64,000 nt of DNA from Candidatus Magasanikbacteria bacterium GW2011_GWC2_37_14 (GCA_000990355.1 LBSX01000005.1:4584-68583); one strand, 5' to 3'. Positions 1 to 9,788 are shown, numbered from the stretch's first letter. Notes: a model not told the origin generated them from the letters alone. Made by a program: numbers and translations.

Positions 1-114
1 CCCGAAGGACAAGCCAGAATTCGTGTGCAGATTTCCGCAGCGCATTCTTTAGAACAGATTAATAAGTGTGTGGAGGCATTTGTGAAAGTGGGGAGAGAAA
101 TGAAAGTTATTTAG
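1..114 (+). CDS. kbl: C-terminal fragment of glycine C-acetyltransferase / AON-synthase family PLP enzyme (partial, window edge)
   Basis: Frame 1 reads PEGQARIRVQISAAHSLEQINKCVEAFVKVGREMKVI*; the ARIRVQISAAH motif is typical of the Kbl C-terminus. Confidence 0.75.
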   Translation, partial: PEGQARIRVQISAAHSLEQINKCVEAFVKVGREMKVI

Positions 115-147
115 AAATAAGTTGTAAGACTTGAGATATAAGAAAAT

Positions 148-1179
148 ATGAATAATAATAGAAAATTTTTATATGGACATGAGTTGGTAGTGCAAGCCTG
201 TTTAGATGCCGAGGCCGAAGTGATGTACGGTTATCCAATTACGCCAACTTGTGAAATTTTGTCGGGTTGGATTGCCACAGGCAAACCAAGTTTACAAACC
301 GAAGATGAAATCGCCGCTGGTTTTGCGGTATGTGGAGCAGTCTTGGCCGGACAAAAAGCGTTTACCGCTTCGGGTGGACCAGGTCATATTTTGCTACAAG
401 ATGGTATGAGTATGGCCGAAGGCATGCGACTTCCGTTTGTAATTATTGTTGGCCAACGTGGTGGTCCTTCTTCGGGCACAGTAATTTATTCGCAACAAGA
501 AGTAATGCTGGCTTGTTTTGGTGGTAATGGCGAAGGCCTGCGCTTGGTATATTCGCCAGCCACTAGTAGAGAATTATACGAATTAACGCGTCAGGCTTTT
601 AATGATGCTTGGCAATATCGTTTTCCAGCAATTGTATTAACTGATGGTTATTTATTAAAAATGCGTAGTGGAATAAATTTGGCAGAAATTAAAATTGAAA
701 ATGTCCCGGCACATCAATTAGTACCAGAAGATAAAATTGTGCATTGGCCAAATATTTACACCATGGAAGAAGAATTAAACGAACAAATTAATTTAGCACA
801 AAAAGATTGGGATGAAATTTCTCCACCAATTGCCAAAGCTGAAATATTAGAAACTGCTGATGCCGAAATATTATTGATTGCTCACGGGATTGTGGGTGCA
901 GCAGTAAAAGAAGCTGTAAAACAATTAAGAAAGAGTGGAATCAAAGCTGGTTATTTTCGGCCAATCACATTACGACCATTTCCCAAAAAAGATTTAGATA
1001 ATTTGTTTATGAAAGATAACCTCAAAAAGATTATTGTTATTGAATCTAGTTCTGGCCAATTAGCACGCATTGTTCGTGAACAATTGGCGCCAGAAATTGC
1101 CGTTGGTTTTGAGTATTTACAAAAACCAGGTTTGGGAATAGAGGTGGAAGAGATAATTGATTTTATTAAGAATAATTAA
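148..1179 (+). CDS. 2-oxoacid:ferredoxin oxidoreductase alpha subunit
   Basis: YGYPITP, EDEIAA and QRGGPSSG motifs; first gene of an alpha-beta-gamma cluster. Confidence 0.9.
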   Translation: MNNNRKFLYGHELVVQACLDAEAEVMYGYPITPTCEILSGWIATGKPSLQTEDEIAAGFAVCGAVLAGQKAFTASGGPGHILLQDGMSMAEGMRLPFVIIVGQRGGPSSGTVIYSQQEVMLACFGGNGEGLRLVYSPATSRELYELTRQAFNDAWQYRFPAIVLTDGYLLKMRSGINLAEIKIENVPAHQLVPEDKIVHWPNIYTMEEELNEQINLAQKDWDEISPPIAKAEILETADAEILLIAHGIVGAAVKEAVKQLRKSGIKAGYFRPITLRPFPKKDLDNLFMKDNLKKIIVIESSSGQLARIVREQLAPEIAVGFEYLQKPGLGIEVEEIIDFIKNN

Positions 1180-1182
1180 AAA

Positions 1183-1247
1183 CGTCATCCTCGCGAAGGC
1201 GGGGATCTTACAACCAATTCAGGATTCCCGCTTTCGCGGGAATGACG
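1183..1247. repeat. CGTC-tagged REP-like double-hairpin element (dRS3-like core)
   Basis: cgtcatcctcgcgaaggcggggatc...ggattcccgctttcgcgggaatgacg; inverted ends CGTCAT/ATGACG; ATTCCC-N8-GGGAAT at 1224-1243. Confidence 0.85.
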
Positions 1248-1257
1248 CAAAAATAAT

Positions 1258-1929
1258 ATGCCAGAGAATTTAGCAAAATTTTGTCCAGGCTGTGGGTACC
1301 CAATTACTTTACTCATGCTTAATAAAACTTTAGAAAAATTGGGAATACAAAAACAAGCCGTTTTGGGACTTGATATTGGTTGTGCCTTGCTTGCTTGGAA
1401 TTTTTTACCAATCAATACTTTTCAAACACATCATGGGCGTGTTGTGCCAACCATGATGGGTTTTAAACGCGCAAGAAAAAATTCTCTTTGCGTAGCTTTG
1501 GTGGGCGACGGTGGTGCTTATGCGATTGGTTTGCAGTCATTAATTCATGCTGCCAAACGTGATGAACCAATTATGGTAATTGTTACCAATAATACTGTAT
1601 ATGGTATGACTGGTGGGCAAACCGCACCAACTACTCTAAATATGCAAATTACCCCCACTAGTCCACAAGGTAATATTGAAGAACCATTTTTTGGTCCAGA
1701 ATTATTAAAAGGAATTGTTAAAGAAGGTGCTTTTTTGGCTCGCACAGCAGTAAATGAACCAAAACAATTAATGGAATATTTGGAAAAAGCTATTCAAACT
1801 CAGGAAGTGGGTCATTTTTCTTTGGTAGAAGTTTTAAGTTTCTGCCCAACGAATTGGAAAACCGTTGGTACACAAACTATTGATAAATTAAATGGTTTAA
1901 AGAATGTTTTTAAATTGGGTGAATTATGA
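1258..1929 (+). CDS. 2-oxoacid:ferredoxin oxidoreductase beta subunit (TPP-binding)
   Basis: FCPGCG, DIGC and GDGG...NNTVYGMTGGQ TPP motifs. Confidence 0.92.
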   Translation: MPENLAKFCPGCGYPITLLMLNKTLEKLGIQKQAVLGLDIGCALLAWNFLPINTFQTHHGRVVPTMMGFKRARKNSLCVALVGDGGAYAIGLQSLIHAAKRDEPIMVIVTNNTVYGMTGGQTAPTTLNMQITPTSPQGNIEEPFFGPELLKGIVKEGAFLARTAVNEPKQLMEYLEKAIQTQEVGHFSLVEVLSFCPTNWKTVGTQTIDKLNGLKNVFKLGEL

Positions 1930-2435
1930 TTTTAAAAATTTTATTGGCTGGTGATGGTGGTCAAGGCATACAATCAATTTCAGATTTATTGGCACAAGCT
2001 AGTTTTGCCAATGGTTTTTTCATTTCGCAAATTCCTAATTATGGTTTGGAACAACGTGGGGGAGTTTCCTTATCGTTTTTAATTATTAGTGATGAGGAAA
2101 TTGCTTACCCGCGCTTTAGTGAACCAAATGTTTTGTTAATCATGAGTGAACAGGCTGATGCCCGAACGAAGAAATTTAAAAATGCAGACCTACCTACCGG
2201 CAGGCAGGATTTAAAATTAGACATTAATGATTTTGTGGAAGTCTTTAAAGAAAATAATATTTTAAAACAAAGTTACAATATTTTCTTTTTAGGATTGATA
2301 ACAAAATTTTTAGCAGATAAAAATATTTTAAAAACTGAACAAATTTTTGAATTGCTAGAAAAAAAATTATCAAAAAAAACAAATTGGGAAGAAAATAAAA
2401 AAGCATTTGAATTATCATTAAAAATTAATAAATAA
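1926..2435 (+). CDS. 2-oxoacid:ferredoxin oxidoreductase gamma subunit
   Basis: GDGGQG and YGLEQRGG motifs; ATGA overlap with the beta subunit; carries the in-frame palindrome LPTGRQ. Confidence 0.85.
   Translation: MILKILLAGDGGQGIQSISDLLAQASFANGFFISQIPNYGLEQRGGVSLSFLIISDEEIAYPRFSEPNVLLIMSEQADARTKKFKNADLPTGRQDLKLDINDFVEVFKENNILKQSYNIFFLGLITKFLADKNILKTEQIFELLEKKLSKKTNWEENKKAFELSLKINK
2189..2208. repeat. 20-bp palindromic mini-element inside a CDS
   Basis: cctacctaccggcaggcagg; its reverse complement differs by 1 nt from the intergenic copy at 48422-48441. Confidence 0.8.
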
Positions 2436-2439
2436 TTTT

Positions 2440-4263
2440 ATGTGTGGAATTGTTGGTTATCTTGGTAAAAAACCGGCCTTGCCAATTTTAATTCAAGGGC
2501 TTCGCCGTTTGGAATATCGTGGTTATGATAGTGCTGGAGTGGCCGTAATGAACGGAGAGATTGTGCGCATGCGGGCAGTAGGTAAGATTGATAGTTTGGC
2601 TGATAAACTTAAGGATACAAAAATTGAAGGCACAGTTGGTATTGCTCATACTCGCTGGGCTACGCATGGTGGGGTAACCGAAGAAAATGCCCATCCACAC
2701 TTTGCTTGTGATGGTAAATTAGTTATTGCCCATAATGGTATTATAGAAAATTATCGCGAACTTAAAGAAAAATTAACTTCACTTGGTCATACTTTTAAAT
2801 CGGAAACTGATACAGAGGTTTTGGCGCATTTAATTGAAGTTAATTATAAAGGAGATTTGCGTTTGGCAGTAGAAACTGCGTTGGCTCAAGTGCGTGGTAC
2901 TTATGGTTTGGTAGCAATGCATGCCAATGAGCCAAACAAAATTGTGGCAGCACGTTTGGGAAGTCCATTGGTAATTGGTATTGGCGAAGGTGAATATTTC
3001 ATCGCGTCTGACGCCACGCCAATGTTGGCTTATACCAAAAAAGTTACTTTCTTGGAAGATGGTGAAATTGCCGAAATTGGTTTAGAAGGTGTAAGAACTT
3101 TTAATTTGCGTGATGAACTAATTAGTAAAAAAGTAGAAGAAATTGAATGGAACGATGAACAAGCACAAAAACAAGGCTATGATCATTTTATGCTCAAAGA
3201 AATTCATGATCAGCCAACAGTTTTTGAAGATGCAATTCGAGGTCGAGTAGATTTGGAAGAAGGCACAGCACATTTGGGTGGTTTAAATATGACCGATGAT
3301 CAGATGCGTTCTATTGAACGAATTGTTTTGATTGCTTGTGGTACGGCTAGTTATGCGGCCATGGTTGGTAAATATGCTTTTGAAAGATTGGCTGGCATTC
3401 CTACCGAAGTAGATGTGGCAAGTGAATTTCGTTATCGTGACCCAATTATTACCGACAAAACTTTGGTGTTTGCTATTTCGCAATCGGGCGAAACTGCGGA
3501 TACATTGGCCGCCGTGCGCGAAGCCAAACGTAAAGGTGCTTATGTGCGTGGGATTGTAAATGTAGTTGGCTCAACTATTGCTCGCGAAACCGATGGTGGC
3601 ACTTATATTCATGCTGGGCCAGAACTAGCAGTAGCTTCTACCAAAGCTTTTACCAATATGGTGGCAATTATGATTCTCTACGCCATTCAATTTGGTCGTT
3701 TAAAACGAGTTACTTTGGCTACTGGTCAAAGATTAATTAAAGCCTTGCTAGAAATTCCCGAAAAAATGAATCAGGTATTAAAATTAAATGACCAAATAAA
3801 AGTCTTGGCAGAAAAATATTCTGGTTACAAAGATTTTCTATTTTTAGGTCGTGGTATAAATTTTCCAGTTGCCCTAGAAGGTTCACATAAATTAAAAGAA
3901 ATTTCTTATATTCATAGTGAAGCTTATCCAGCTGGTGAAATGAAACATGGGGTAAACGCTTTGCTTTCACCCGAATTTCCAATTTTTGCGATACTCGTTA
4001 AAGATCAATTATATGAAAAAATGCGCAGTAATATTGAAGAAGTAAAAGCGCGCAAGTCGCCAATTATTTTGTTGGCGACTATTGGTGACGAAGCTGTCAA
4101 AGAATTGGCCGAAGATGTTATTTATGTACCTGATACTATGGAATTGTTGGAGCCTTTGGTTAATACCTTGCTTTTGCAATTGTTTGCTTATCACATGGCT
4201 GTTATACTTGGTAAAGATGTAGATCGTCCACGCAATTTGGCTAAAAGTGTTACCGTAGAGTAG
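2440..4263 (+). CDS. glmS: glutamine--fructose-6-phosphate transaminase
   Basis: MCGIVG N-terminus, HTRWATHG, SQSGETADT and C-terminal PRNLAKSVTVE. Confidence 0.98.
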   Translation: MCGIVGYLGKKPALPILIQGLRRLEYRGYDSAGVAVMNGEIVRMRAVGKIDSLADKLKDTKIEGTVGIAHTRWATHGGVTEENAHPHFACDGKLVIAHNGIIENYRELKEKLTSLGHTFKSETDTEVLAHLIEVNYKGDLRLAVETALAQVRGTYGLVAMHANEPNKIVAARLGSPLVIGIGEGEYFIASDATPMLAYTKKVTFLEDGEIAEIGLEGVRTFNLRDELISKKVEEIEWNDEQAQKQGYDHFMLKEIHDQPTVFEDAIRGRVDLEEGTAHLGGLNMTDDQMRSIERIVLIACGTASYAAMVGKYAFERLAGIPTEVDVASEFRYRDPIITDKTLVFAISQSGETADTLAAVREAKRKGAYVRGIVNVVGSTIARETDGGTYIHAGPELAVASTKAFTNMVAIMILYAIQFGRLKRVTLATGQRLIKALLEIPEKMNQVLKLNDQIKVLAEKYSGYKDFLFLGRGINFPVALEGSHKLKEISYIHSEAYPAGEMKHGVNALLSPEFPIFAILVKDQLYEKMRSNIEEVKARKSPIILLATIGDEAVKELAEDVIYVPDTMELLEPLVNTLLLQLFAYHMAVILGKDVDRPRNLAKSVTVE

Positions 4264-4266
4264 GTT

Positions 4267-4334
4267 TGTCATGCTGAACTAGTTTCAGCATCTCTCCTAA
4301 ATTAAAAAGATCCTGAAATAAATTCAGGATGACA
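4267..4334. repeat. TGTCA...TGACA double-hairpin REP-like element, copy 1
   Basis: tgtcatgctgaactagtttcagcatct...gatcctgaaataaattcaggatgaca; near-identical copy at 9212-9269. Confidence 0.9.
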
Positions 4335-4343
4335 GTAAAAATT

Positions 4344-4994
4344 ATGAAATACAAAGCAATAATTTTTGATACGGATGGAGTCTTGGTAGATAATTATCAA
4401 GCTTGGTTAGCTTTTGATCGTCAATTTTTAGCACAATACAATGTCGTACCCGATGATGCCTATATTGCATATTGTAACGGACGAAGTGAAGAAGAAGTAG
4501 TACGTTGGGTAAAAGAAAAATTTAAAATTAGTGATAGTATAGAAAAAATTACCGAGAGCCGTCAGGATTATATCAAAGATATTTATCAAAAATATTCTCA
4601 GCAACAAAAAAATGCTGAAGAATTATTAAAAAAAATTAAAGCCAGTGATTTTAAAATAGCCTTGGCTTCGGGAGCCAAGCTGTGGATGATTGAAACAATA
4701 TTAAAACGTTTTAATTGGGGGCAATATTTTGAACAAGTAGTTTCTAGTGATCATGTAAATTATTGTGGTAAACCTAACCCAGAAATTTATTTACATACTG
4801 CCAGACTACTGGGAGTTAAACCAGAAGAATGTATAGTTTTTGAAGACTCAGAAAATGGAGTAGTATCGGCCAAAAATGCGGGTATGACTTGTATTGGTTA
4901 CAAAAATATTTATATTAATGATAATTTAAGTAGAGCAGATTTTATTGTGGATGATTTAATGGATAAAAAAGTTTTAGAATTTTTAAATATATGA
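4344..4994 (+). CDS. HAD-superfamily phosphatase (beta-PGM/CbbY-like)
   Basis: FDTDGVLVD, GKPNPEIY and FEDSENG motifs; start moved to 4344 because the 4329 ATG lies inside the repeat. Confidence 0.88.
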   Translation: MKYKAIIFDTDGVLVDNYQAWLAFDRQFLAQYNVVPDDAYIAYCNGRSEEEVVRWVKEKFKISDSIEKITESRQDYIKDIYQKYSQQQKNAEELLKKIKASDFKIALASGAKLWMIETILKRFNWGQYFEQVVSSDHVNYCGKPNPEIYLHTARLLGVKPEECIVFEDSENGVVSAKNAGMTCIGYKNIYINDNLSRADFIVDDLMDKKVLEFLNI

Positions 4995-5941
4995 AGAAAA
5001 AAGTCGTAGTAATTGGTGGAGGTAATGGGGGAGCAATTTCGGTAGTAGCTTTAAAACAAAATTTGGCTTTATTTGATATTTCGGCAGTAATTTCTATGGC
5101 CGATTCTACTGGTTCTTCCGGTAAATTGCGCCAAGAATACAACATGTTGCCACCAGGCGATGTAATGCGGGTAGCTTTGGCTATGAGTCGTCATGATTAT
5201 CCTTTTCTAAAAGAATTGTTTTATCGTCAGCGGTTTAAAGACTTGGGCGAATTATCTGGTCATAATCTGGGTAATTTATTTTTATTTGCTGCCTGGCAAA
5301 TGACTGGTGATTTTGTACAGGCTTTGCGAGCTTTTGAACAAGGAGTACAAGCTGTTGGTAAAGTTTATCCAAACATTTTAAAACCTACTCATATTTGTGC
5401 CGAATTAAGCAACGGCCAGATTATCAAAACTGAAGGAGAGATAGATGTACCAAAATATGATCGTAGTTTAAAAATAAAAAAAGTTTATTTAGAACCAGCA
5501 GTATCTGCTTACAAAGAGTCACTAAAAACAATTTCCGAAGCGGATTATCTTATCTTAGGTCCTGGTAGTTTACATACTAGTATCATCGCGGCCTTGCTTC
5601 CCAAAGGAATTAAGGAAGTAATTAAAAGAAATACCAAAGCCAAATTAATTTATGTGGTGGGTAATGCCCGCCATACCAATGGCGAAACTGGGCCAGAAGA
5701 TGTGGCTGGTATGGTACAAACTTTGGAAAAGTATTTGCCTCGTCCATTAGATTTGGTAATTTATAGTGGTAATAAATTAACGGCTAAACAAAAAAAGAAT
5801 TATAAAGTGAGGGGTTGGAGTTTATTGGAAGATAATGGCGATTTACTTGGTAAAAAATTGTTACGTGCACCATACGAAAGAGACAGCGGTGGTGTTTGCG
5901 CAGAAAAATTAGGAAAGATTTTAAAGAAGGTGTTAAAGTAA
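4991..5941 (+). CDS. YvcK/CofD-like (UPF0052) protein
   Basis: VVIGGGNG, DSTGSSGKLR, PPGD, GHNLGNL and GPGSLHTS motifs. Confidence 0.88.
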   Translation: MKKKVVVIGGGNGGAISVVALKQNLALFDISAVISMADSTGSSGKLRQEYNMLPPGDVMRVALAMSRHDYPFLKELFYRQRFKDLGELSGHNLGNLFLFAAWQMTGDFVQALRAFEQGVQAVGKVYPNILKPTHICAELSNGQIIKTEGEIDVPKYDRSLKIKKVYLEPAVSAYKESLKTISEADYLILGPGSLHTSIIAALLPKGIKEVIKRNTKAKLIYVVGNARHTNGETGPEDVAGMVQTLEKYLPRPLDLVIYSGNKLTAKQKKNYKVRGWSLLEDNGDLLGKKLLRAPYERDSGGVCAEKLGKILKKVLK

Positions 5942-5955
5942 TTATTTTATTTAAT

Positions 5956-6315
5956 ATGGAAATTAAAAAAGAAATAAAAAATGACGCTTTTGCTGTTAAA
6001 ATAACTTTAGAAGAAGAAAACAAAGTTTTGGGTTGGACTTTTGTTTATATTATGTTTCAAGATCGCCATCCCGAACCTTATGCTTATTTAGAAAATGTTT
6101 ATATTGAGGAAGAATATCGCAGTCGTGGTTTGGGTACTCAGTTGTTAGAGTTAGCTATTGCCGAAGCCAAAGAACAGGGGTGTTATAAAATTATTGGCAC
6201 ATGTAAAATGAAAAAAGTTCTCGTACATGAATTTTATGAAAAACATGGTTTTAAAAAAATGGGTTTTGAGTTTAGAATGGATTTAAAAGAGACTGAAATT
6301 TTGACTAAAGATTAA
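5956..6315 (+). CDS. GNAT family N-acetyltransferase
   Basis: VYIEEEYRSRGLGTQLL acetyl-CoA motif and FYEKHGF; start at the internal ATG (MEIKK). Confidence 0.85.
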   Translation: MEIKKEIKNDAFAVKITLEEENKVLGWTFVYIMFQDRHPEPYAYLENVYIEEEYRSRGLGTQLLELAIAEAKEQGCYKIIGTCKMKKVLVHEFYEKHGFKKMGFEFRMDLKETEILTKD

Positions 6316-6316
6316 T

Positions 6317-6946
6317 ATGGGTGGAATAAAAGTTATTGCCGTTGATTTGGGAGGGGTGCTTTTTTCCGAAGGGAAAAAGGTAGCTTTTAGTAATTTGGCC
6401 AAAAAATATAATTATGATGAAAAAATAATCTTGCCATTAATTTCAGCTCGTTTATCCCAAATAGCCAATGATACTAGGAAAGGATTGGTTGATGAAGAAG
6501 TATTTTGGGAGTGGGTTCAAAACAATTTACCAGTTGGGTATGATGCCAAATTGATTAGGCAGGAATGGTGGGACGGCTATGTTTTGGACCCGGAGATTTT
6601 TTCCGTGTTTAAAAAGGTGAAGAGTTTAGGATCAGTAAAATTAATTATTTTTTCTGGCAATTTTTCCAGCCGAGTTGCTTATTTGGAGGAAAAGTATCAT
6701 TTCGAAAGTATTTTTGATGAAAAAATTTATTCTTTTAATGAACATCTAAATAAAACAGGTAATTGTAAGCAGTTTTTGGAGGTTTTAATTAAAAAATCTG
6801 GAGTGAAAGCGGGAGAAATATTATATTTAGATGACGGAGAGGATTTTATTGAAGAAGCTAACAAATTGGGTATGAGAGGTAAGGTCTGTAACGCTGGAGA
6901 GATGAAAAGATTAGCTAACTATTTGGAAGAATTTGGAATAAATTAA
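6317..6946 (+). CDS. HAD-superfamily hydrolase (YihX-like)
   Basis: DLGGVL motif I and YLDD motif IV. Confidence 0.8.
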   Translation: MGGIKVIAVDLGGVLFSEGKKVAFSNLAKKYNYDEKIILPLISARLSQIANDTRKGLVDEEVFWEWVQNNLPVGYDAKLIRQEWWDGYVLDPEIFSVFKKVKSLGSVKLIIFSGNFSSRVAYLEEKYHFESIFDEKIYSFNEHLNKTGNCKQFLEVLIKKSGVKAGEILYLDDGEDFIEEANKLGMRGKVCNAGEMKRLANYLEEFGIN

Positions 6947-7809
6947 GCAGTAATTTCTCCTACCAATTTGTTGGGAAAGTCCATGGGGCCGTCGCCAGTT
7001 ACTACGGCATCGAAAGATAGAGAGTATTTCTGACGGCTGTCTGGGTCGGTTTCATCATTTAAAAAACCAACACTTAACAAATTATCAAATTTGGAACCCT
7101 CAACCATATCCAAATCATCGATATTGTCACCCAGTACTAACACATTTGGTCTGTCGGCAACGTCTTGGTGACATTCATGGCCGGCCACTAAAATTTTAGC
7201 TTTGTTGGCCAGATTAATTATTGGTTCCTTAATCCGGAGCAGTTTACCTGTTTCATCAAATTCATATTCATTAGCAATAATATGTATGCCCGGTCGGTAA
7301 AGGCCGGCTTTTTTTAAATGCCCTTCAATTAAATATCGAGGACCACTCGACATTAAAACTAGGGGAATATTGCTATTTCCTAATTGTGCTAAAAATTTTT
7401 CTAATCCCTGTCTAAAACAAATCCCGGGGTTGTCGATAATCTGGTCTAGCATCTGTTTGGTAAGTCCTAATTTTATTAATAAATTATTGGTTTGTTCTTG
7501 CCATTCTTGCATTTTGGCAGCGCGTTCTTCCGGGTTCAGGTTATAATTTATTTCTATAGGGTAGTATTTTTTAAACAGTTCACTAGAGGTAGTTGCGTAT
7601 TCCGGTCCCAAAACACCGCTACTTCTAATTTCGCTGGTTACTGAAGGGACAGGTTTGGCAGTGGTTAAGGTGCGATCAAAATCAGCCAGGACGTACATTT
7701 TTTCTGGACCGTCCTTTTTAAAGTCTTGAATTGTCGCTTCTAATCTTTCTCGATCGTTGCAGATGACCTCATATGGTGAATGTGTAGGTATTTCAGGTCT
7801 AAAGTTCAT
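6943..7809 (-). CDS. pyrimidine 5'-nucleotidase (cN-III/UMPH-1-like HAD)
   Basis: ADFDRTLT motif I, YYPIE...KMQEW and NVLVLGDNIDDLDM...VGFLND as in the NT5C3 family. Confidence 0.8.
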   Translation of the reverse strand: MNFRPEIPTHSPYEVICNDRERLEATIQDFKKDGPEKMYVLADFDRTLTTAKPVPSVTSEIRSSGVLGPEYATTSSELFKKYYPIEINYNLNPEERAAKMQEWQEQTNNLLIKLGLTKQMLDQIIDNPGICFRQGLEKFLAQLGNSNIPLVLMSSGPRYLIEGHLKKAGLYRPGIHIIANEYEFDETGKLLRIKEPIINLANKAKILVAGHECHQDVADRPNVLVLGDNIDDLDMVEGSKFDNLLSVGFLNDETDPDSRQKYSLSFDAVVTGDGPMDFPNKLVGEITA

Positions 7810-7874
7810 AATTTTATGGGTTGATAAATATACATATTAGAGTATAATTTACCTTGAGTTTATCACAATTGTCT

Positions 7875-9206
7875 ATGATCCAGCAAATTATTGATCTCCA
7901 TATCCACTCCAAATACTCCCGGGCGTGTAGTAAGAGTTTGGAATTGTCAGAAATTGCCAAGGCTTGTGCTATTCGTGGGGTAGATATTGTAGCAACAGGG
8001 GATTTTACCCATCCTAAGTGGTTTGAACATATAAAGACAAGTTTGGTGGAGGAAAATGAAGGGGTTTATAAATTGAAGGCTCCCACTCCCCCTACCCCCT
8101 CTCGGGCAGAGGGGGACAGTGAAACCCGTTTCATTATTGGTACAGAATTATCGTGCATTAAAAAACACAAAGACAAAACTCGAAGAATTCATGTGTGTGT
8201 TTTTGCTCCCAATATTGAAGTGGCAGAAAAATTTAATAACAAATTAGAAACAATGGGTTTTAATTTACGTTCTGATGGTCGGCCAATTTTAGGTTTAACA
8301 GTAAAACAGTTGTTAGAAATTATGTTAGAGACTGATGAACGAATGATTATGATTCCCGCCCATGCTTGGACGCCGTGGTTTGGTATTTTTGGTTCCAAAG
8401 GTGGCTATAATAGTTTAGAAGAAGCTTTTGAAGAATTAACGCCAAAGATTTTTGCAATTGAAACTGGTTTATCTAGTGACCCACCAATGAATTGGAGGCT
8501 TAGTAAATTGGATAAAATTGCACTAGTATCCAATTCTGATGCTCATAGTTTGGAAAAAATTGGGCGTGAAGCCAATGTTTTGGAATTTGTAGATGAAAAA
8601 GCCATTACTTATGAAAATATTTTTAACGTCATTAAGGAGAGTTGCCACGTAAAATCTGCTTCATCAGCAGATCACGTGGCTGGAAAGTTACTCTATACAA
8701 TAGAGTTCTTTCCAGAAGAAGGAAAGTATCATTATGATGGTCATGCGAATTGTAAATTTGTTTGTGCACCAGAAGAAAGTAGAAAATTGAAAAATATTTG
8801 TCCTAAGTGTAAAAAAGAATTAGTAATTGGAGTAATGAATCGCGTGACGGAGTTGGCTGACAGAACAGAAGAAGAAGCAAAAAAAATAAAACACGTTCCA
8901 TTTAAAAGTCTGGTACCCTTGCCAGAAATTATTGCTGATTGTTTTAATTGTGGAGTGAGTACCAAGAGAGTAAAAGAAGTATATAATAAGTTAATTAAAA
9001 AGTTAGGTAATGAATTTAATATTTTATTAAATATTGATACGCAAGAAATTGCGTTTACTTCAGAACCAATCATTGGTGAAGCAGTTGAGCGAGTAAGAAC
9101 TGGTAAAATTTATGTACGGCCTGGTTATGATGGCGAGTTTGGAGTAGTAAAAGTGTTTAGTGATGAGGAAAGAGTTGGCAAAAAACAAATAGGCCTTGAG
9201 TTATAA
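7875..9206 (+). CDS. endonuclease Q-like PHP-domain protein with Zn ribbon
   Basis: DLHIHSKYSRA, TGDFTHP, PAHAWTPW, SNSDAHS, GKYHYDGH, CPKC and PGYDGEFG; two in-frame palindromic inserts. Confidence 0.88.
   Translation: MIQQIIDLHIHSKYSRACSKSLELSEIAKACAIRGVDIVATGDFTHPKWFEHIKTSLVEENEGVYKLKAPTPPTPSRAEGDSETRFIIGTELSCIKKHKDKTRRIHVCVFAPNIEVAEKFNNKLETMGFNLRSDGRPILGLTVKQLLEIMLETDERMIMIPAHAWTPWFGIFGSKGGYNSLEEAFEELTPKIFAIETGLSSDPPMNWRLSKLDKIALVSNSDAHSLEKIGREANVLEFVDEKAITYENIFNVIKESCHVKSASSADHVAGKLLYTIEFFPEEGKYHYDGHANCKFVCAPEESRKLKNICPKCKKELVIGVMNRVTELADRTEEEAKKIKHVPFKSLVPLPEIIADCFNCGVSTKRVKEVYNKLIKKLGNEFNILLNIDTQEIAFTSEPIIGEAVERVRTGKIYVRPGYDGEFGVVKVFSDEERVGKKQIGLEL
8080..8116. repeat. C-rich/G-rich hairpin element in frame inside a CDS
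   Basis: ctcccactccccctaccccctctcgggcagaggggga; near-identical to 10416-10453; encodes APTPPTPSRAEG. Confidence 0.9.
8644..8680. repeat. Palindromic insert in frame inside a CDS
   Basis: gccacgt-aaa-atctgct-tcatc-agcagat-c-acgtggc; encodes CHVKSASSADHVA. Confidence 0.65.
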
Positions 9207-9211
9207 CTGTC

Positions 9212-9269
9212 TGTCATGCTGAATTTATTTCAGCATCTCAGGGGATCCTGAAATAAATTCAGGATGACA
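9212..9269. repeat. TGTCA...TGACA double-hairpin REP-like element, copy 2
   Basis: tgtcatgctgaatttatttcagcatct-cagg-ggatcctgaaataaattcaggatgaca. Confidence 0.9.
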
Positions 9270-9277
9270 CAAATAAC

Positions 9278-9310
9278 AAAACCCTGTACCAGAACGGTAC
9301 AGGGTTTTTT
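9278..9310. terminator. bidirectional intrinsic terminator
   Basis: aaaaccctgtacc-agaac-ggtacagggtttttt between convergent genes. Confidence 0.8.
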
Positions 9311-9316
9311 AGAAAA

Positions 9317-9469
9317 TTATTTTCTCTTTTTTGCTTTTTTAGCAACTTTTCGTTTAGCTACTTTTTTAACAGCTTTCTTTTTTGCTTTCTTAACAGTCTT
9401 TCTTACCACCTTTTTAGCTTTTTTAACTTTTCTAACAACTTTCTTTTTTGCTTTTTTAACTTTTTTCAT
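9317..9469 (-). CDS. 50-aa Lys-rich histone H1-like protein
   Basis: MKKVKKAKKKVVRKVKKAKK...; 27 Lys + 4 Arg in 50 aa; purine-rich SD-like gaaagggg upstream; terminator downstream. Confidence 0.75.
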   Translation of the reverse strand: MKKVKKAKKKVVRKVKKAKKVVRKTVKKAKKKAVKKVAKRKVAKKAKKRK

Positions 9470-9788
9470 ATTGCCACCCCCTTTCAAAAGAAGGCACATA
9501 TTTTGTTGTGACCATGGTGCACACCAAAATTTTTTATTGTGCAAATTGTACAGGACAAGCATCGCTGTAAATTTTTTCTACTTATGTGTATAGTATAAAG
9601 AATTTTTTTGTTTTTGGAAATAGTTTTTGGTATTTTAACTGTGCATAACTATTTTAAAAATAATTTTTTATAAAATTAATATATTTTTTTATTTTTTATA
9701 AAATTTTTTTAAAAAATATTTTATAATAAAGGGGTCTTGATTTTTTTTGCAAAATCTGATATAGTCTCATTATCTAAAATTTTGCTAT

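Noticed and set aside
9264-9593. Phe-rich 109-aa membrane-like ORF on the + strand
   Set aside because: It is the antisense shadow of the Lys-rich gene, and its ATG comes from the repeat element.
9600-9735. oriC in the very AT-rich stretch with a DnaA-box-like tgtgcataa (perfect box also at 30321)
   Set aside because: The boxes are isolated, with no cluster and no dnaA or dnaN nearby; a divergent promoter region explains the AT richness.
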